From the human T2T-CHM13v2.0 reference genome, Homo sapiens: a DNA stretch of 64,000 nt. Under the pieces are notes generated by a model. The model saw only the letters and a list, made by a program, of their open reading frames with translations, made no database searches and had not been told where the DNA came from. Of this stretch, positions 49,180-64,000 are shown piece after piece. The stretch lies in the NCBI RefSeq assembly GCF_009914755.1, contig NC_060932.1. One strand, given 5' to 3'. Position 1 is the first letter of the stretch, and each line of letters begins with the position of its first letter. A program made the translations under genes and the position numbers.

Positions 49180-50320
49180 TACTCAACATAGTTTTAAAAC
49201 ATTCATCCATATTGTGGCATGTGTGAGTAGTTTTTTCCTGTTCATTGCTGAATAATATTTCTTTTTATGAATATGAATATACCATACTTTCACGTAAGTC
49301 TTTTTGTGGCCATATATTTTTATTTCTTTTAGGTAAATAACTAAAAGAGAAATTTGTGGATCATAGCGTGGGTGTATGTTTAATTTTATAATGCCACATC
49401 ATTTTTAAAAGCACATTTAAATGATACTTATCTACAGTTTTTAAGTATTTTCTTTATTGAAAGAAGTTTTAAACTCCCACCAACAATGATTGAAGATTTT
49501 GGTGATGCCATATGCTTTCCAACATTTGGTGATATAGGTTTTTAATTTTTGTCATTCTGGTAAGTTTATAGTGGCATCCTCTTATGATAATTTTATTATA
49601 TTTGCCTCATGACTAACAACTACAAGAACTTTTTCATACTGTTGTTGGCTATTTGTGTATCCTCCTTTGTAAAGTGTCCAATATTTTTTAAATTAGGTTG
49701 TGTTTTTATTAAATTCGCTAGTAAGTGAATTTATATATATAAAATGTATGTTTTCTCCCATTCTGTGGTTTGCCTGTTTATTTTCTTAACAATGCCTTTT
49801 GATGAGTAGAAGTTTTAATTCTGATAAAATGTAATTTACTAATTGTCTTCCATTGTGGTTTTTATTTTCTGTTTGCACTCTAAAAATCCTTGTTAACCCC
49901 TAAGTCAGGCAACTATCTTTTTTTTTTTCCTTCCAGAAGCTTGAGTTTTAGCTTTTTGGTTCACATATATGATCCATCATAAATTAATTTTTGTGTATAT
50001 AGTGTGAGGTAGGGGTCAAGATTAATATTTTTTCCATTTGGTTATCCAGTTATTTCATTACCATTTGCTGAAAAGGCTTAAAGGTTTCTATTCTTCATTG
50101 GATGGATTTATCACATTTGTAGAAAATTGAATAGTTGTATAAGCATGGTTCTATTTCTGATCTGTGCAATATGCCAGTCTTACTTTATAGTAATTTTGAT
50201 GTCAGGCAGTGTAAATCCTCCACCTTTGTTCTTTTTGTCCAATAGGTTATATAGTCCAGGTCTTCTGCATATATATATTTCAAATATATATATATGTATA
50301 TATTATATACATATATATAC

Positions 50321-50572
50321 TCTCTGTCACCCAGTGGTGTGATCATAGCTGACTACAGCCTCCAACTCCTGGACTCAAGTGATCCTTCTTCCTCAGCCTC
50401 CCAGTAGCTAGAACTATTTTTGTAGAGTTTTGTAGAGACAAAACTTTTTTTTTTTTGTCTTGCTATATTGTCTAGGATGTTCTGGAACTCCTGGCTTCAG
50501 GCTATCTGCTATACTTCTGCCTTGGCCTCCCGAAGCACTGGGATTACAGGCATGAGCCACTATGCCCAGCCT
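50321..50572 (-). mobile_element. Degenerate AluJ preceded by a (TA)n-rich tract
   Basis: gatcatagctgactacagcctcc...ggattacaggcatgagccac. Confidence 0.85.
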
Positions 50573-51150
50573 CATATATTTTTTATAATCACTTTGTTAA
50601 TTTTGATTTGAAAAGTTTGCTGGGATTAAATCTCGGATTGCGATGTATTTTTGTAGATTGATTTGGGAAGAAATAACATCTTAACATTGAGTCTTCCAGT
50701 GGTGTATCTCTTCATTTATTTAGGTCTCCTTAAATTTATCCAAACAGTGTTTTATAGTTTTTAGAGTAGAGATCTTGTATGACTTTGTGAAAATTTCCGT
50801 AAGTATTTTAAGTTTTTTATCTCATTATAAATGGAATTCTTTTAAAAACTTCAATATCGAGTTGTTTGCTGCTAGTATATTAAAATCTAACTTATTTTTA
50901 ATATTAACCTTTTATCTTTTAACCTTTTCAAATTCACTTACTAGTTCTAATAGTTGCTTTGTAGATTTGTTATGCTATTCTGTGTAAGCAATCATGTCAT
51001 TTGCAGAGACAGTTTTATTTCTTTTCCAGTATTTATGCTTTTTATTTCTTTTTATTGCCTTATTATAATGCATAAAACCAACAGTATGTCAAACAGAAGT
51101 TGTGAGAGTCTCTTTGTTAAATAATAGTTTTTAAAAAATAATCACGAATG

Positions 51151-51494
<344 letters not shown>

Positions 51495-51960
51495 TCAAAA
51501 AAAAAAAGGTGTGCATTTTGTGAAGTGCTTTTTCTTCAGTAATTGAAATTATTTTGTAATTCTTATTCCTGATTCCATAATAATGCTAATTTTATTAGTT
51601 TAGCTTTTGAATATTAAACCAACTTTGCATTTCTGGGTTAAATACCACCTCATGGGATACTTACAATTTTATATATTGCTGGTGTAGATTTTCTGTGATT
51701 TTGATAAGGTTTTTTTTGCATCTATGTTCATGAGAGATTTTAGTTTTCTTAAGTTGAAATGTCTATGACAGGTTTGGGCATTAGGGTTATTCTGACCTCA
51801 TGAAATGAGTTTGGCATTTACTTTTTCTCTATTGGATGAACAGTTGGTATCAAGATTGGTGTTATTTATCCCTTAAATATTTGATAGAATTCACCAGCAG
51901 AACCATCCGGACTTAAAGTTTTCTCTGTGTGAAAATCTTGATAAAGTATTCAATTTCTTT

Positions 51961-53505
51961 GGCTACATGTATGTCTTCTTTTGAGATGTGTCTGCTTATG
52001 TGCTTTGCCTATGTTTTAATGGGGTTTTGGGTTTTTGCTTGTTAATTTGTTTAAGTTCCTTATAGATTCTGGATATTAGACCTTTGTCAAATACATAGTT
52101 TATAAATATTTTCTCCCATTCTGTAGGTGTCTGTTGATAATTTCTTTTGCTGTGCAGTGGCTCTTTAGTTTAATTAGGTCCCACTTGTCAATTTTTGGTT
52201 TTGTTGCAATTGCTTTTGGAGCCTTTATGTCATGAAACCTTTGTCAGGTCCTAGTCTAGAATGGTATTTCCTATTTTTTTTTTATAGTCTTGGGTTTTAC
52301 ATTTACGTCTTTAATCCATCTTAAGTTGATTTTTGTAGGTGGTGAAAGGAAGGGGTCCAGATTCAATCTTCTGCATATGGCTAGCCAGTTATATCAGCAT
52401 TATTTATTGAATAAGGAGTCCCCTTTCCCCATTGCTTTCTTTGTCAACTTTGTTGAAGATCAGATGGTTGTAGTTGTGTGGCTTTACTTCTGGGTTCTGT
52501 AATCTGTTCTGTTGGACTTTATATCTATTTTTGTACCAGTACCATGTTGTTTGGTTTACTGTAGTCTTGTAGTATAGTTCAAAGTTGGATACTGTGATGG
52601 TGCCTCTAGCTTTGTTCTTTTTGCTAAGGATTGCTTTGGCTATTTGGGCTCTTTTTTGGTTCTATGTGAATTTAATAATAGGTTTTTTTTTTTTTTTTGC
52701 TAATTTGGTGCAAAATACTGTTGGTAGTTTAAAAAATGTTCAATAGCTCTAATCATTAGAGAAATGCAAAGCAAAACCAGAATGAGATACCATCTCACAC
52801 CAGTCAGAATGGCTATTATTAAAAAGTCAACAATAGCAGATGCTGGCAAGGTTGTGAAGAAAAGAGAATGTTTATACACTGTTGTTGGGAACATAAATTT
52901 GTTGAGCCACTGTGGAAAGCAGTTTGGAGATTTCTCAACCCAGCAATCCCATTACTGGGTATATACCCAAAGGAATATAATTGTTCTACCATAAAGGCAC
53001 CTGCATGCATATGTTAATTGCAGCACTATTCGCAATAGAAAAAGCATAGAATCAACGTAGATGTCCATCAATAATGGACTGGATGAAGAAAATATACACA
53101 TACATCATGAAATATACAGCCATAGAAAGTATGACATTATCTCCTTTGCAGCAACATAGATCGAGTTGGAGGCCATTATCCTAACCAATTTGATGCAGGA
53201 ACACAAAACCAAATACTGCATGTTCTCACTTACAAGTGGGAGCTAAGCTTGAATACACATGGACACAAAGAAGGGAAGATTAGACACTGGGGCCTACTTG
53301 AGGATGGAGGGTAGGAGGAGAGTGAGCATGGAAAAACTACCTATCAGGTACTATGCTCATTACATGGGTGATGAAATAGTCTACATGCCAGATCCCCAAG
53401 TTTACTCATGTAACAAACCTGCACATGTACCCCCAAACCTAAAATAAAAATTGGAAAGAGAAAGATAATAACACTATGATGATGAAAAATAATACAAATT
53501 TTAAG
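51961..53505. mobile_element. L1PA16/PB-like element with twin-priming 5' inversion (minus 51961-52725, plus about 52730-53460)
   Basis: The inverted half ends at ...AGACATACATGTAGCC and the sense half resumes at AAAAAATGTTCAA..., adjacent in ORF2; TSD aagtattcaatttcttt (51944-51960) / aagaattcaatttcttt (53506-53522). Confidence 0.88.
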
Positions 53506-53974
53506 AAGAATTCAATTTCTTTAAGATAAATAGGATTGATGAGGTTTTATGTTCAATCTTTCTCAATATGGTCAGTTATGTTTTTCAGTAAATTTAATAT
53601 TTTTATTTAAGTTGACTAATTTGTTGTTATAAATTTCATATTTCTTTATTATCTTGTTAATATCTATGGATCTAATAGTGATGACTCTTATTTTATTCTG
53701 ATATTGTTATTTTGTGATGTGTGATCTTTCTCTCATTTGCCTATTAGTTTACCTAGGAGTGTATCATCTTTTTCTTTTGATTTTGTTACTTTTCTCTCGT
53801 TTGTCTACCATTTCAATGATTACTGTTCCTGTCTTAATTACTCCTTTTCTTCTACTTATTATGGATTTAATTTCCTCTTCTTTTTAAAGCTTTGGAAGGT
53901 GGAACTGTATGATTTCTTCTGATTCATTGATTATTTTAAAGTGTGGTCATTTCTAAACATTTAATTTAAAAATA

Positions 53975-54064
53975 AAATATCTTATTATTTTTTATGATGA
54001 CATTTTATTCTGGTGAGAGAAATATCTTATTATTTTTTATGATGACATTTTATTCTAGTGAGAG
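53975..54064. repeat. Tandem duplication of about 45 bp
   Basis: aaatatcttattatttt(t)ttatgatgacattttattct(g/a)gtgagag x2. Confidence 0.9.
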
Positions 54065-54411
54065 AACATACCTGTATAATCTCAATCAGTTTAAATTTAT
54101 TAGGATTTGTTCTACTGCCCACTGTGAGGACTATCTTGAACATTCCACATGTATTTGAAAGGAATGTGTATTCTGTACTTGCTGGATGTTGTGGTCTATA
54201 AATGTCAATTATGTCATGATGTTTAATAGTGTTGTTCAGATCTTCTGTCTCAGTGATTTTTTATCCTATTTTTTCTCTCAATTGCTGAGAGACGTGTTAA
54301 AAATTTTAACTGTGATTATAGAATTTATTGTCTTTTTAATTCTGTCAGCTTTTGCTCTATGTGCCTTAAAGCTCTGTTACTGGATATCTACACGTTTGTG
54401 ATATTTATGTT

Positions 54412-54701
54412 TTCTTTTCTTGAGACAAGGTCTTGCTCTGTTGCTCAGGCTGCAGTGCAGTAGTGCAGCCTTGGCTCACCACAGCCTCATCTTCCCATGC
54501 TCAAGCAATCCTCCCACCTCAGCCTCCTGAGTAGCTGGGTCTCAGGTGCAAGCCACCGCACCTGGCTAATTTTGTTTGTTTTTTGTAGAGATGAGGTCTC
54601 ACTGTGTTTCCCAGTCTGGTCTCGAACTCCTGAGCTCAAGTGATCTTCCTGCCTTGGCCTCCCAAAGTACTGGGATTACAGGCATCAGCCATCGTGCCTG
54701 G
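54412..54701 (-). mobile_element. AluJ
   Basis: gagacaaggtcttgctctgttgc...ctcctgagctcaagtgatc. Confidence 0.9.
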
Positions 54702-55974
54702 ATTATGTTTTCTTGATTAATTGACATTATAGGAAAAGCTTTGTGAAATGTTTCTCTTTTCCTTGGTATTACTGTTTGTGTATAAGTCTTATTAATATTA
54801 ATGTTTTTTGTACTTGTTCTGTGTTTATTCTTGGTTTACAGCATTTACTCCCCCTTCCAAATATGAATAGTCAATGATTTTTTAAAAGACACATACCAAA
54901 GTAAAGAGAAAAGGGGTGAGAAGCCTCATCTTTGACCTGAAAGAGGGCTTTTCTTTTCTTTCTGCGTGGCTAATAACACACAGTGTCAGGAAACACTCAT
55001 TGGAGAAAAACCAGTCTCAGAGTGACTCGAGGTCAGTGGTCCTTTCTACTTGTGTAACTGAATAGTCCAAGCCAGACGCTAGGCTTCACTGAGCACTGAC
55101 CTCGGCCAATTGGCCTTCTCTGGACACAGAGGAGCTCCAGAGAATTTTCACACCTTACTTTGCTTCCTTTGCTTTTTGCTTTCATAATGATATGAAATCT
55201 AATTTTTGTGAGCTTGTCTTTGGTAGTTAATAGTATTAACTACCATTTTGGGGGCATCTATTCTGGGCTTTGTCCTTTACATTAATTGCCATTTTTTTCT
55301 TTTCAAACCCTGCAAGGTGGTATTACAAGCTTCATTATACCATTAAGGAAAGTGAGGCTCAGGCAGAGTCCTGACCAGTGATTATTCTTTTGCTGAAATG
55401 GAAAACCCAACTAAAAATGGCTTAAGGAAAAAGAGTATTTATCAGTTCACATAACTGAAAACAGAACAAAACAAAACTGATAGTACTAGTTTCAGCCTCA
55501 GCTGGATCTGTGTGCTCACAAAGAGCCTCAGAGTCCTGTTTTTGTCTCATGGGTCTAACCCTTAGTTGAAGGTGCTCAGGGAGATCACTAGGATAGCTCA
55601 GCACCCTATGTCTTTTCCTTTTTTTGTCTCAATAGTGAAAAATGCTCCTGTTACAAAAACATCTTATTTGATATTAATATAACCATGTGTGCAAATACTG
55701 TTTCTCTAGTGTGTCTTTTTGTAGTCATTTACTTTCAATATATCTGTGGCTTTAATATAAAATGTATCTTTTATCACTTTAAGAGCATAATTGGCTCTTA
55801 CTTTTTTCATCAACTTTGACAATTTTTGCCTTTTACATAGAGTATTTAGTTCATTAACATTTAATATAATTATTGATATATTTGAATTTAGGCATTTGTT
55901 TTATGGGTTTTCTTCTACTTTTGTTTCTTCCTGCCATATTTTTTGAATTACATGAATACATTGTGGAACTCAAT

Positions 55975-56330
55975 TTTTTTTAACTTTTATTTTAAGTTCA
56001 GGGGTGCATGTGCAGATTTGTTACATAGGTAAACTTATGTCATGGGGGTTTGTTGTACAGATTATTTCATCAACTGGGTATTAAGCCTAGTACTCATTAG
56101 TTATTTTTTCTGATCCTCTCCCTTCTCCTCCCACCCTCCACCCTCCAAAAGGCCCCAGTTTGTGTTGTTCGCCTCTATGTGTCCATGTGTTCTCATCATT
56201 TAGCTCCCACTTTTAAGTGAGAACATGAGTATTTGGTTTTCTGTTCCTGTATTAATTTGCTAAGGATAATGGCTTCCAGCTCATACATGTCCCTGCAATA
56301 GACATGATCTCATTCTTTTTTTATGGCTGC
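55975..56330 (-). mobile_element. L1PA15/16-like 3' fragment
   Basis: ttttaagttcaggggtgcatgtgcag...tcatttagctcccactt...taaggataatggcttccagc. Confidence 0.88.
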
Positions 56331-57589
56331 AATTTTTAATTTATCTATTTGCTTATTAGCTACATCTATTCTTTACCATTAGTTCTTATTGGTTGCACTT
56401 TCACAATCTATTTACAATCATTCACAATCTATTTAGTGTTTATATTGTGCAAATTTTATGTGAAATGCTTTAAGCAGTCTTATGTATTTTAAACAAATCA
56501 AGAGAAATGAGTAGTCTTTTACATTTATTCACATATTCCTTGTTTTAAGTTTCTGTTCTGAAGATCCAGATTTCCATCTGATAGACTTTTTCTTCAGCCT
56601 GGAGAACACCCTGTAATATTACTTGAAATGCAGATATTCACATCTCCATTTGTATTTACCTGAAAAAATCTTTTCTTAGTCTTCATTCTTTGTGAATATT
56701 TTTGGTGGAAATAGAATTCTATGTTGACACTCTTTTTTGTTTGTTTGTTTTTAAATTTACGTTTCTGTAGTTTAAACTGGCCTTCATAGATTTTTGATGA
56801 GAAGTAAATGGTTCGTGATGACAAGTCGTTGGCACTTGATTGTCTTTCTGTATTTAATTTGTTTTCTTTGGTTTCCTTCAAAAATTTATCTTTATCTTCT
56901 GTGTATAATAGTCTTGTTATGTTATGCTTACATGTGTGTTTTTATTGGATTTATTTTGCTTGGGTTGGCTGTGCTTTGTATGTGTATAAATTTATGTTCT
57001 TTTTTAAACCAAATTTTAATTTTTAACTTAATTTAATAAGTTCGGCCATTGTTGTAGCATTTATTCTACCCTATTTTCTATTTTTCTTTTGATTTCTCAG
57101 TTATTTGTATTTCAGACTTTTTATAGATTATCCCATCGGTTCTTGGAATTTTTTCAACTTTTTTTGTGTTCTTTAGATTAATTTTAAATTTTATTGATTT
57201 TATTTCTTTCAGAATCTCTTATCAGAGGTAAAGCTCATCTAGTGAATTATTAATTTCCAATATTTTATATTTTGTTCTAAAATTTCCATTTATTTTTTAT
57301 AGCCACTATATCTCTGTTGAGATATCCTATCTTTTTACTCATTTTGAGAATCTTACCTTTATTTCCTCAAACATAGTTGTTATAGTGGCTTTAAAATCTT
57401 TTTCTGCTAATTTTAACATCTGGGTTTGTTATCTCACAGTCTTCATTGATTGCTTTTTCTCTTGAGTATGGATCTTGTTTTCCTATTTCCTGATATATCA
57501 GGTAAGTTTGAAGTGTATTTTGGACATGACTAATAATGCTTTATAGTCTCTGAAATTAGTTTGTCCCTCTGAAGAATGCTGATGTTTGT

Positions 57590-58093
57590 TTGTTCATTTA
57601 TTTATTTATTTATTTATTTTTTGAGACAGAGTCTTACTCTGTTGCCCAGGTTGAAGTGCAGTCTGGTGATCAGAGTTTACTGCAGCCTCAACCCTCTGGG
57701 CTCAAGTGATCATCCCGCCTCAGCTTTCTGAGTAGCTGGAACTACAGGCATGCATCATTTTTTTAAAAAATTTTTTGTAGAGACAGGGTTGATTGTTTTT
57801 ATTTGAGCTTTAGCTATTAACCCTGTTTCCCTTGAGATGACAGTAGCTTAAAATATAATTTAATTGTTTTAATTTTATCTGAGCTTTTATTTTTTGTAAA
57901 TTAAAAATCTTTTCTTTTTTCTTTTTCTTTTTTTTTTTTTTTTTTTAAGAAATGGGAGTCTCATTTTGTCACCTAGGCTGGAGTGCTGTGGCACAATTAT
58001 TGCTCACTGCAGCTTCAAACTCCTGGGTTGAAGGAATCCTCCTGCCACGGCCTCCCAAAGTACTGGGATTGTAGGGGGCATGCCACTGTGCTC
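57590..58093 (-). mobile_element. Truncated AluJ (57590-57790) and FLAM-like monomer (57910-58093)
   Basis: Two partial antisense Alu arms with poly(T) heads. Confidence 0.8.
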
Positions 58094-58269
58094 AGAAGAG
58101 CTCCTTGAAGTCTTCTTATGTATGCATGAGATTTTGGCAGTGTTTTTAATACACATAATTTTATTTTTCCTTTCTTTAGCTTTTTTTTTGTCATATCTCC
58201 CTCACTTTCCAGTCTGTTTTTGCTCGAACTCCTTCCTCAGGTTTTTCAAGCCAGCAAGCCTCTGAGGTC

Positions 58270-58273
58270 TTTT

Positions 58274-58340
<67 letters not shown>

Positions 58341-58386
58341 CTCTCTTTCTTTTTCTCTCTCTCTTTCTGTCTTTCTTTCTTTCTTT
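58270..58386. repeat. (TTTC)n microsatellite derived from an Alu tail
   Basis: Direct observation. Confidence 0.95.
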
Positions 58387-58995
<609 letters not shown>

Positions 58996-59870
58996 AAGAC
59001 TGGGTTTTCTAACATATATTTAGCCTTCAGGCATTGATTGAATTTGGTTAAAATCATAAAAATGAGAAATTCACTTGGTGTCATCTTCCTCGAAGAATCA
59101 GTTGGTCTCCAGTATCTTTTGTCTTTTTGTTATTGAGGGCCTCAAATAGTTGTATGTTCATACTTTGTCCAGGATTTATACTTACCATCTCTGCAAGGTT
59201 AGCTTGAGTGGAGCTGGCTGGCCATTATCAAAAAAAGGAATCTGTTCTTTTATATTTTAAGTTGTATTGATCCTATACTTGCTGGTAGGAATTATATATG
59301 TAGCTTCTTCTGTAATCTTCACTTTCATTCTTTATAATTTATTGTGTATTCTAAATATAATTGGTTAGCCTGTTGTCCAGTGGCTGATTTGGAACTGTAT
59401 GTCCTAATTAAATAATCACTGTATTATCAGAGTATATTGAGAATATATAACTTTTCAATATTCTTTCTTTACTACTTTACTTCATCTAGATTCTAATGAC
59501 TATTGGTAATGACAAAACATGAGCAAGATGTGCAAGGCTTTCTTCACAGAAAATGCAAGATTGGTATGACTGATCTAATTTTAAAAGAAAACTTCTGATC
59601 AGATAAAATAAAGAGACAAAAGCTATCATACTTTTTCTTTACCTTCTAACTGGGTGGGCATCTATTACAAAGACAATTTACAGAGGGAATTTTTAAAGGA
59701 AATTTGATTTAGGGTTGTAGTGAGAATGAGTAGGTTAAAGATGAAATTAATTGATCAATTGATTCTTCAACTCGTGTCCGTCACAGTATAAGAAATGAAA
59801 AGTGTGTGCTGAAGAATTTTATGATAATTATTTATAATCATGGCTGATCTTTTAAATTAATAAGTTTTCA

Positions 59871-60184
59871 AGCTGGGCATGGTGTTTGTAACCCCACCCC
59901 TTTGGGAAACCCGGGCAGCAGGATCCTTGAGGCTAGGAGTTTGAGACCAGCCTGGGCAATATCGTGAGATCCCCTTCTTTACAAAAACAAGGAAAGAAAG
60001 AAAAAAAATAGCCAGTCATGGTGTTGCACACCTGTCATCCCAGCTGCTTGGGAGGCGGATGCAGGAGGATCATTGAGCCCAAGAGTTGAACGCTGCAGTG
60101 AGCCATGACATGTTTGCACCACTGCACTTTAGCTTGAGTGGCAGACTGAGACCCCATCTCTAAATAAATAAATAAATAAATAAA
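59871..60184 (+). mobile_element. AluJo-like
   Basis: gctgggcatggtg...ggaggatcattgagcccaagag...(TAAA)n. Confidence 0.88.
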
Positions 60185-60976
60185 ATTTCCTATGCCAATG
60201 TATTTTTTTGCAGTAAGTTTCTCAACAATAATTTTTTGGGTCTTTCTGAGTTATATCTTAATTTTGGAACAAAACATGATGAACATAAAAATAGGACACA
60301 CTACCTTTTCTAGAGAAGTTGAACAGCTTGTTATAAAAACTATTTGCACAAAATGTAAATCTGATGATGAAAATACACATAGAGAAATGTGTGCTTTAAA
60401 AACTATTACCATATTTCCCATGAAACACACACAGCTAAGGACATTCTTATTTGTATTTTTTAGTGTTGGCATTGCAACAAATGTATAGATGAGCAGTTTC
60501 AATGAAAAGTGGTACCACAGTTTGATAGTACAGTGCAAAGATTATATGGAATTGTTCACCTGCATGAGCATATGAATCTTTTAATTTTCTCTACGTATTT
60601 TTTATGACGGTTAATACAAAGAAGATTCATTACTTTATAAAATGCTTAATGCAAATACACTATATGTTAGTTGTCTATTGTTGTCTAATAAATTACCATA
60701 GCTTAGTGGGTTAAAACACTCCACCTATTTACTGTCTTGCAGTTCTATAGGTCAGAAGTCCAGGTGGGCTTGTTTGAGTTCTCTGCTTAGGGTCTCACAA
60801 GGTTGAAATCAAGGTGTGGACTAGCATTGGCACTTATCTGAAAGCTCTTGGGAAGAACGTACTTCCAGACAATTCAGATTGCTGCCAGAACCCAGTTCTT
60901 CGCAGTTATGCACTGATGTCACTGTTACCTTATTGGCTTTTAGCTGGGGACAGCTCTCAGCTTCTAGAGGATTTTT

Positions 60977-61482
60977 TTAAATTATATTTTAAGTTTTAGG
61001 GTACATGTGCACAACGTGCAGGTTAGTTACATATGTATACATGTGCCATGTTGGTGTGCTGCACCCATTAACTCGTCATTTAACACTAGGTATATCTCCT
61101 AATGCTATCCCTCCCCCCTCAACAGACCCCAGTGTGTGATGTTCCCCTTCCTGTGTCCATGTGTTCTCATTGTTCAATTCCCACCTATGAGTGAGAACAT
61201 GCGGTGTTTGGTTTTTTGTCCTTGCGATAGTTTGCTGAGAATGATGGTTTCCAGCTTCATCCATGTTCCTACAAAGGACATGAACTCATCCTTTTTTATG
61301 GCTGCATAGTATTCCATGGTGTATATGTGCCACATTTTCTTAATCCAGTCTATCATTGTTGGACATTTGGGTTGGTTCCAAGTCTTTGCTATTGTGAATA
61401 GTGCCTCAATAAACATACGTGTGCATGTGTCTTTATAGCAGCATGATTTATAATCCTTTGGGTATATACCCAGTAATGGGAT
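60977..61482 (-). mobile_element. 5'-truncated L1PA4/5-like 3' end
   Basis: ORF2 end [20 protein letters not shown]...SLIGGN; probable 8-bp TSD ggattttt (60969) / ggattctt (61479) at an EN-type TTCTT/AA site. Confidence 0.93.
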
Positions 61483-61488
61483 TCTTAA

Positions 61489-61868
<380 letters not shown>

Positions 61869-62378
61869 TAGCATATCAAATCCTTCACCTGCTTGGAATC
61901 CTTCTCACTTCCTTTTCTGCTAGCAAGGTTTAAACCACATGTAAGCAAAAGTCATTAGAAATTGTGATTTAGAATTAATACAGCTGTTTTCTTGAGGTAC
62001 GTGACCCTACAGCATTATAGCAAAAGGAGAAGCCAAAGAAAATAGGCCCAATTTTAAAGTAATATTTCCTGCCTCTTAGCATAATTTATTTTCCATATTG
62101 GTTTCAACAAGGCTAAACTATTAGGTAGCTTTTGTTTTCATCATGTGATTTGTGAGAGCACAGATACCAATCTCAACATCTCTCACTCTATTATCTAATA
62201 ACGTCAGAGTGTCTACCATTCTATTACTTCTCAAAAGTTACGAATATTTTGGATAAGCAGAAGGTGTAGGATAGGACACCTCTGATTTTATTCCATTCTA
62301 CTGTTAATCATGTGCAGTATATTCTACGCTTCTATTATTGCGTGTTTCACTTCAGAATTGCCATTTATTAAAGTTCCT

Positions 62379-63760
<1,382 letters not shown>

Positions 63761-64000
63761 GAACCTGTTAATTATTTCATAATAATGTAATAAACATTCA
63801 TGAACATACCCTATCAAGCAAGAGCTAGAACCTTGGCAATCATTTCCTTGACTCCTCCAGTTTGTGGCTATCATGATATTCAGCCCCAAGTTCATCATTT
63901 CTGTTTTTTCTTCTATACAGGTTTCTTATATGTATTTCTAAAAATCTTTGGTTATTTCATCTTTGTAAAAAGTCATTGTTCTATTTTTCCCACTAGTTCT

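Overview
Primate (human or great-ape-like) genomic DNA. It is AT-rich and dense in repeats, and looks like part of a very large intron or a gene-poor interval. No multi-exon host coding sequence is recognisable; the long ORFs in the track come from LINE-1, and the short ones are Alu-derived or spurious. Main contents: (1) a full-length L1PA2-like LINE-1 (6858-12891, minus strand, 16-bp TSD) inserted in an MLT1 LTR, with a nearly intact ORF2 frame and an open, extended ORF0/antisense promoter pointing along the + strand; (2) a 4.7-kb 5'-truncated L1PA5-like element in the opposite orientation; (3) a fold-back composite of two L1 3' ends; (4) a twin-primed L1; (5) about 19 Alus plus old L1M, L2, MIR, MLT1, MER91, MER94 and Charlie elements; (6) a 3'-truncated U3 snoRNA retrocopy; (7) three co-oriented CTCF-like motifs; (8) a ~7-kb repeat-poor island with a candidate alternative first exon (uORF, then ATG-CAA-G|GTGAGT). 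Two short unique segments of that island also occur 1.7 and 8.7 kb downstream inside old L1s, resembling templated insertions. I could not identify the host gene and found no convincing new gene system. Repeat subfamily calls were made by eye, and old-repeat boundaries are approximate.
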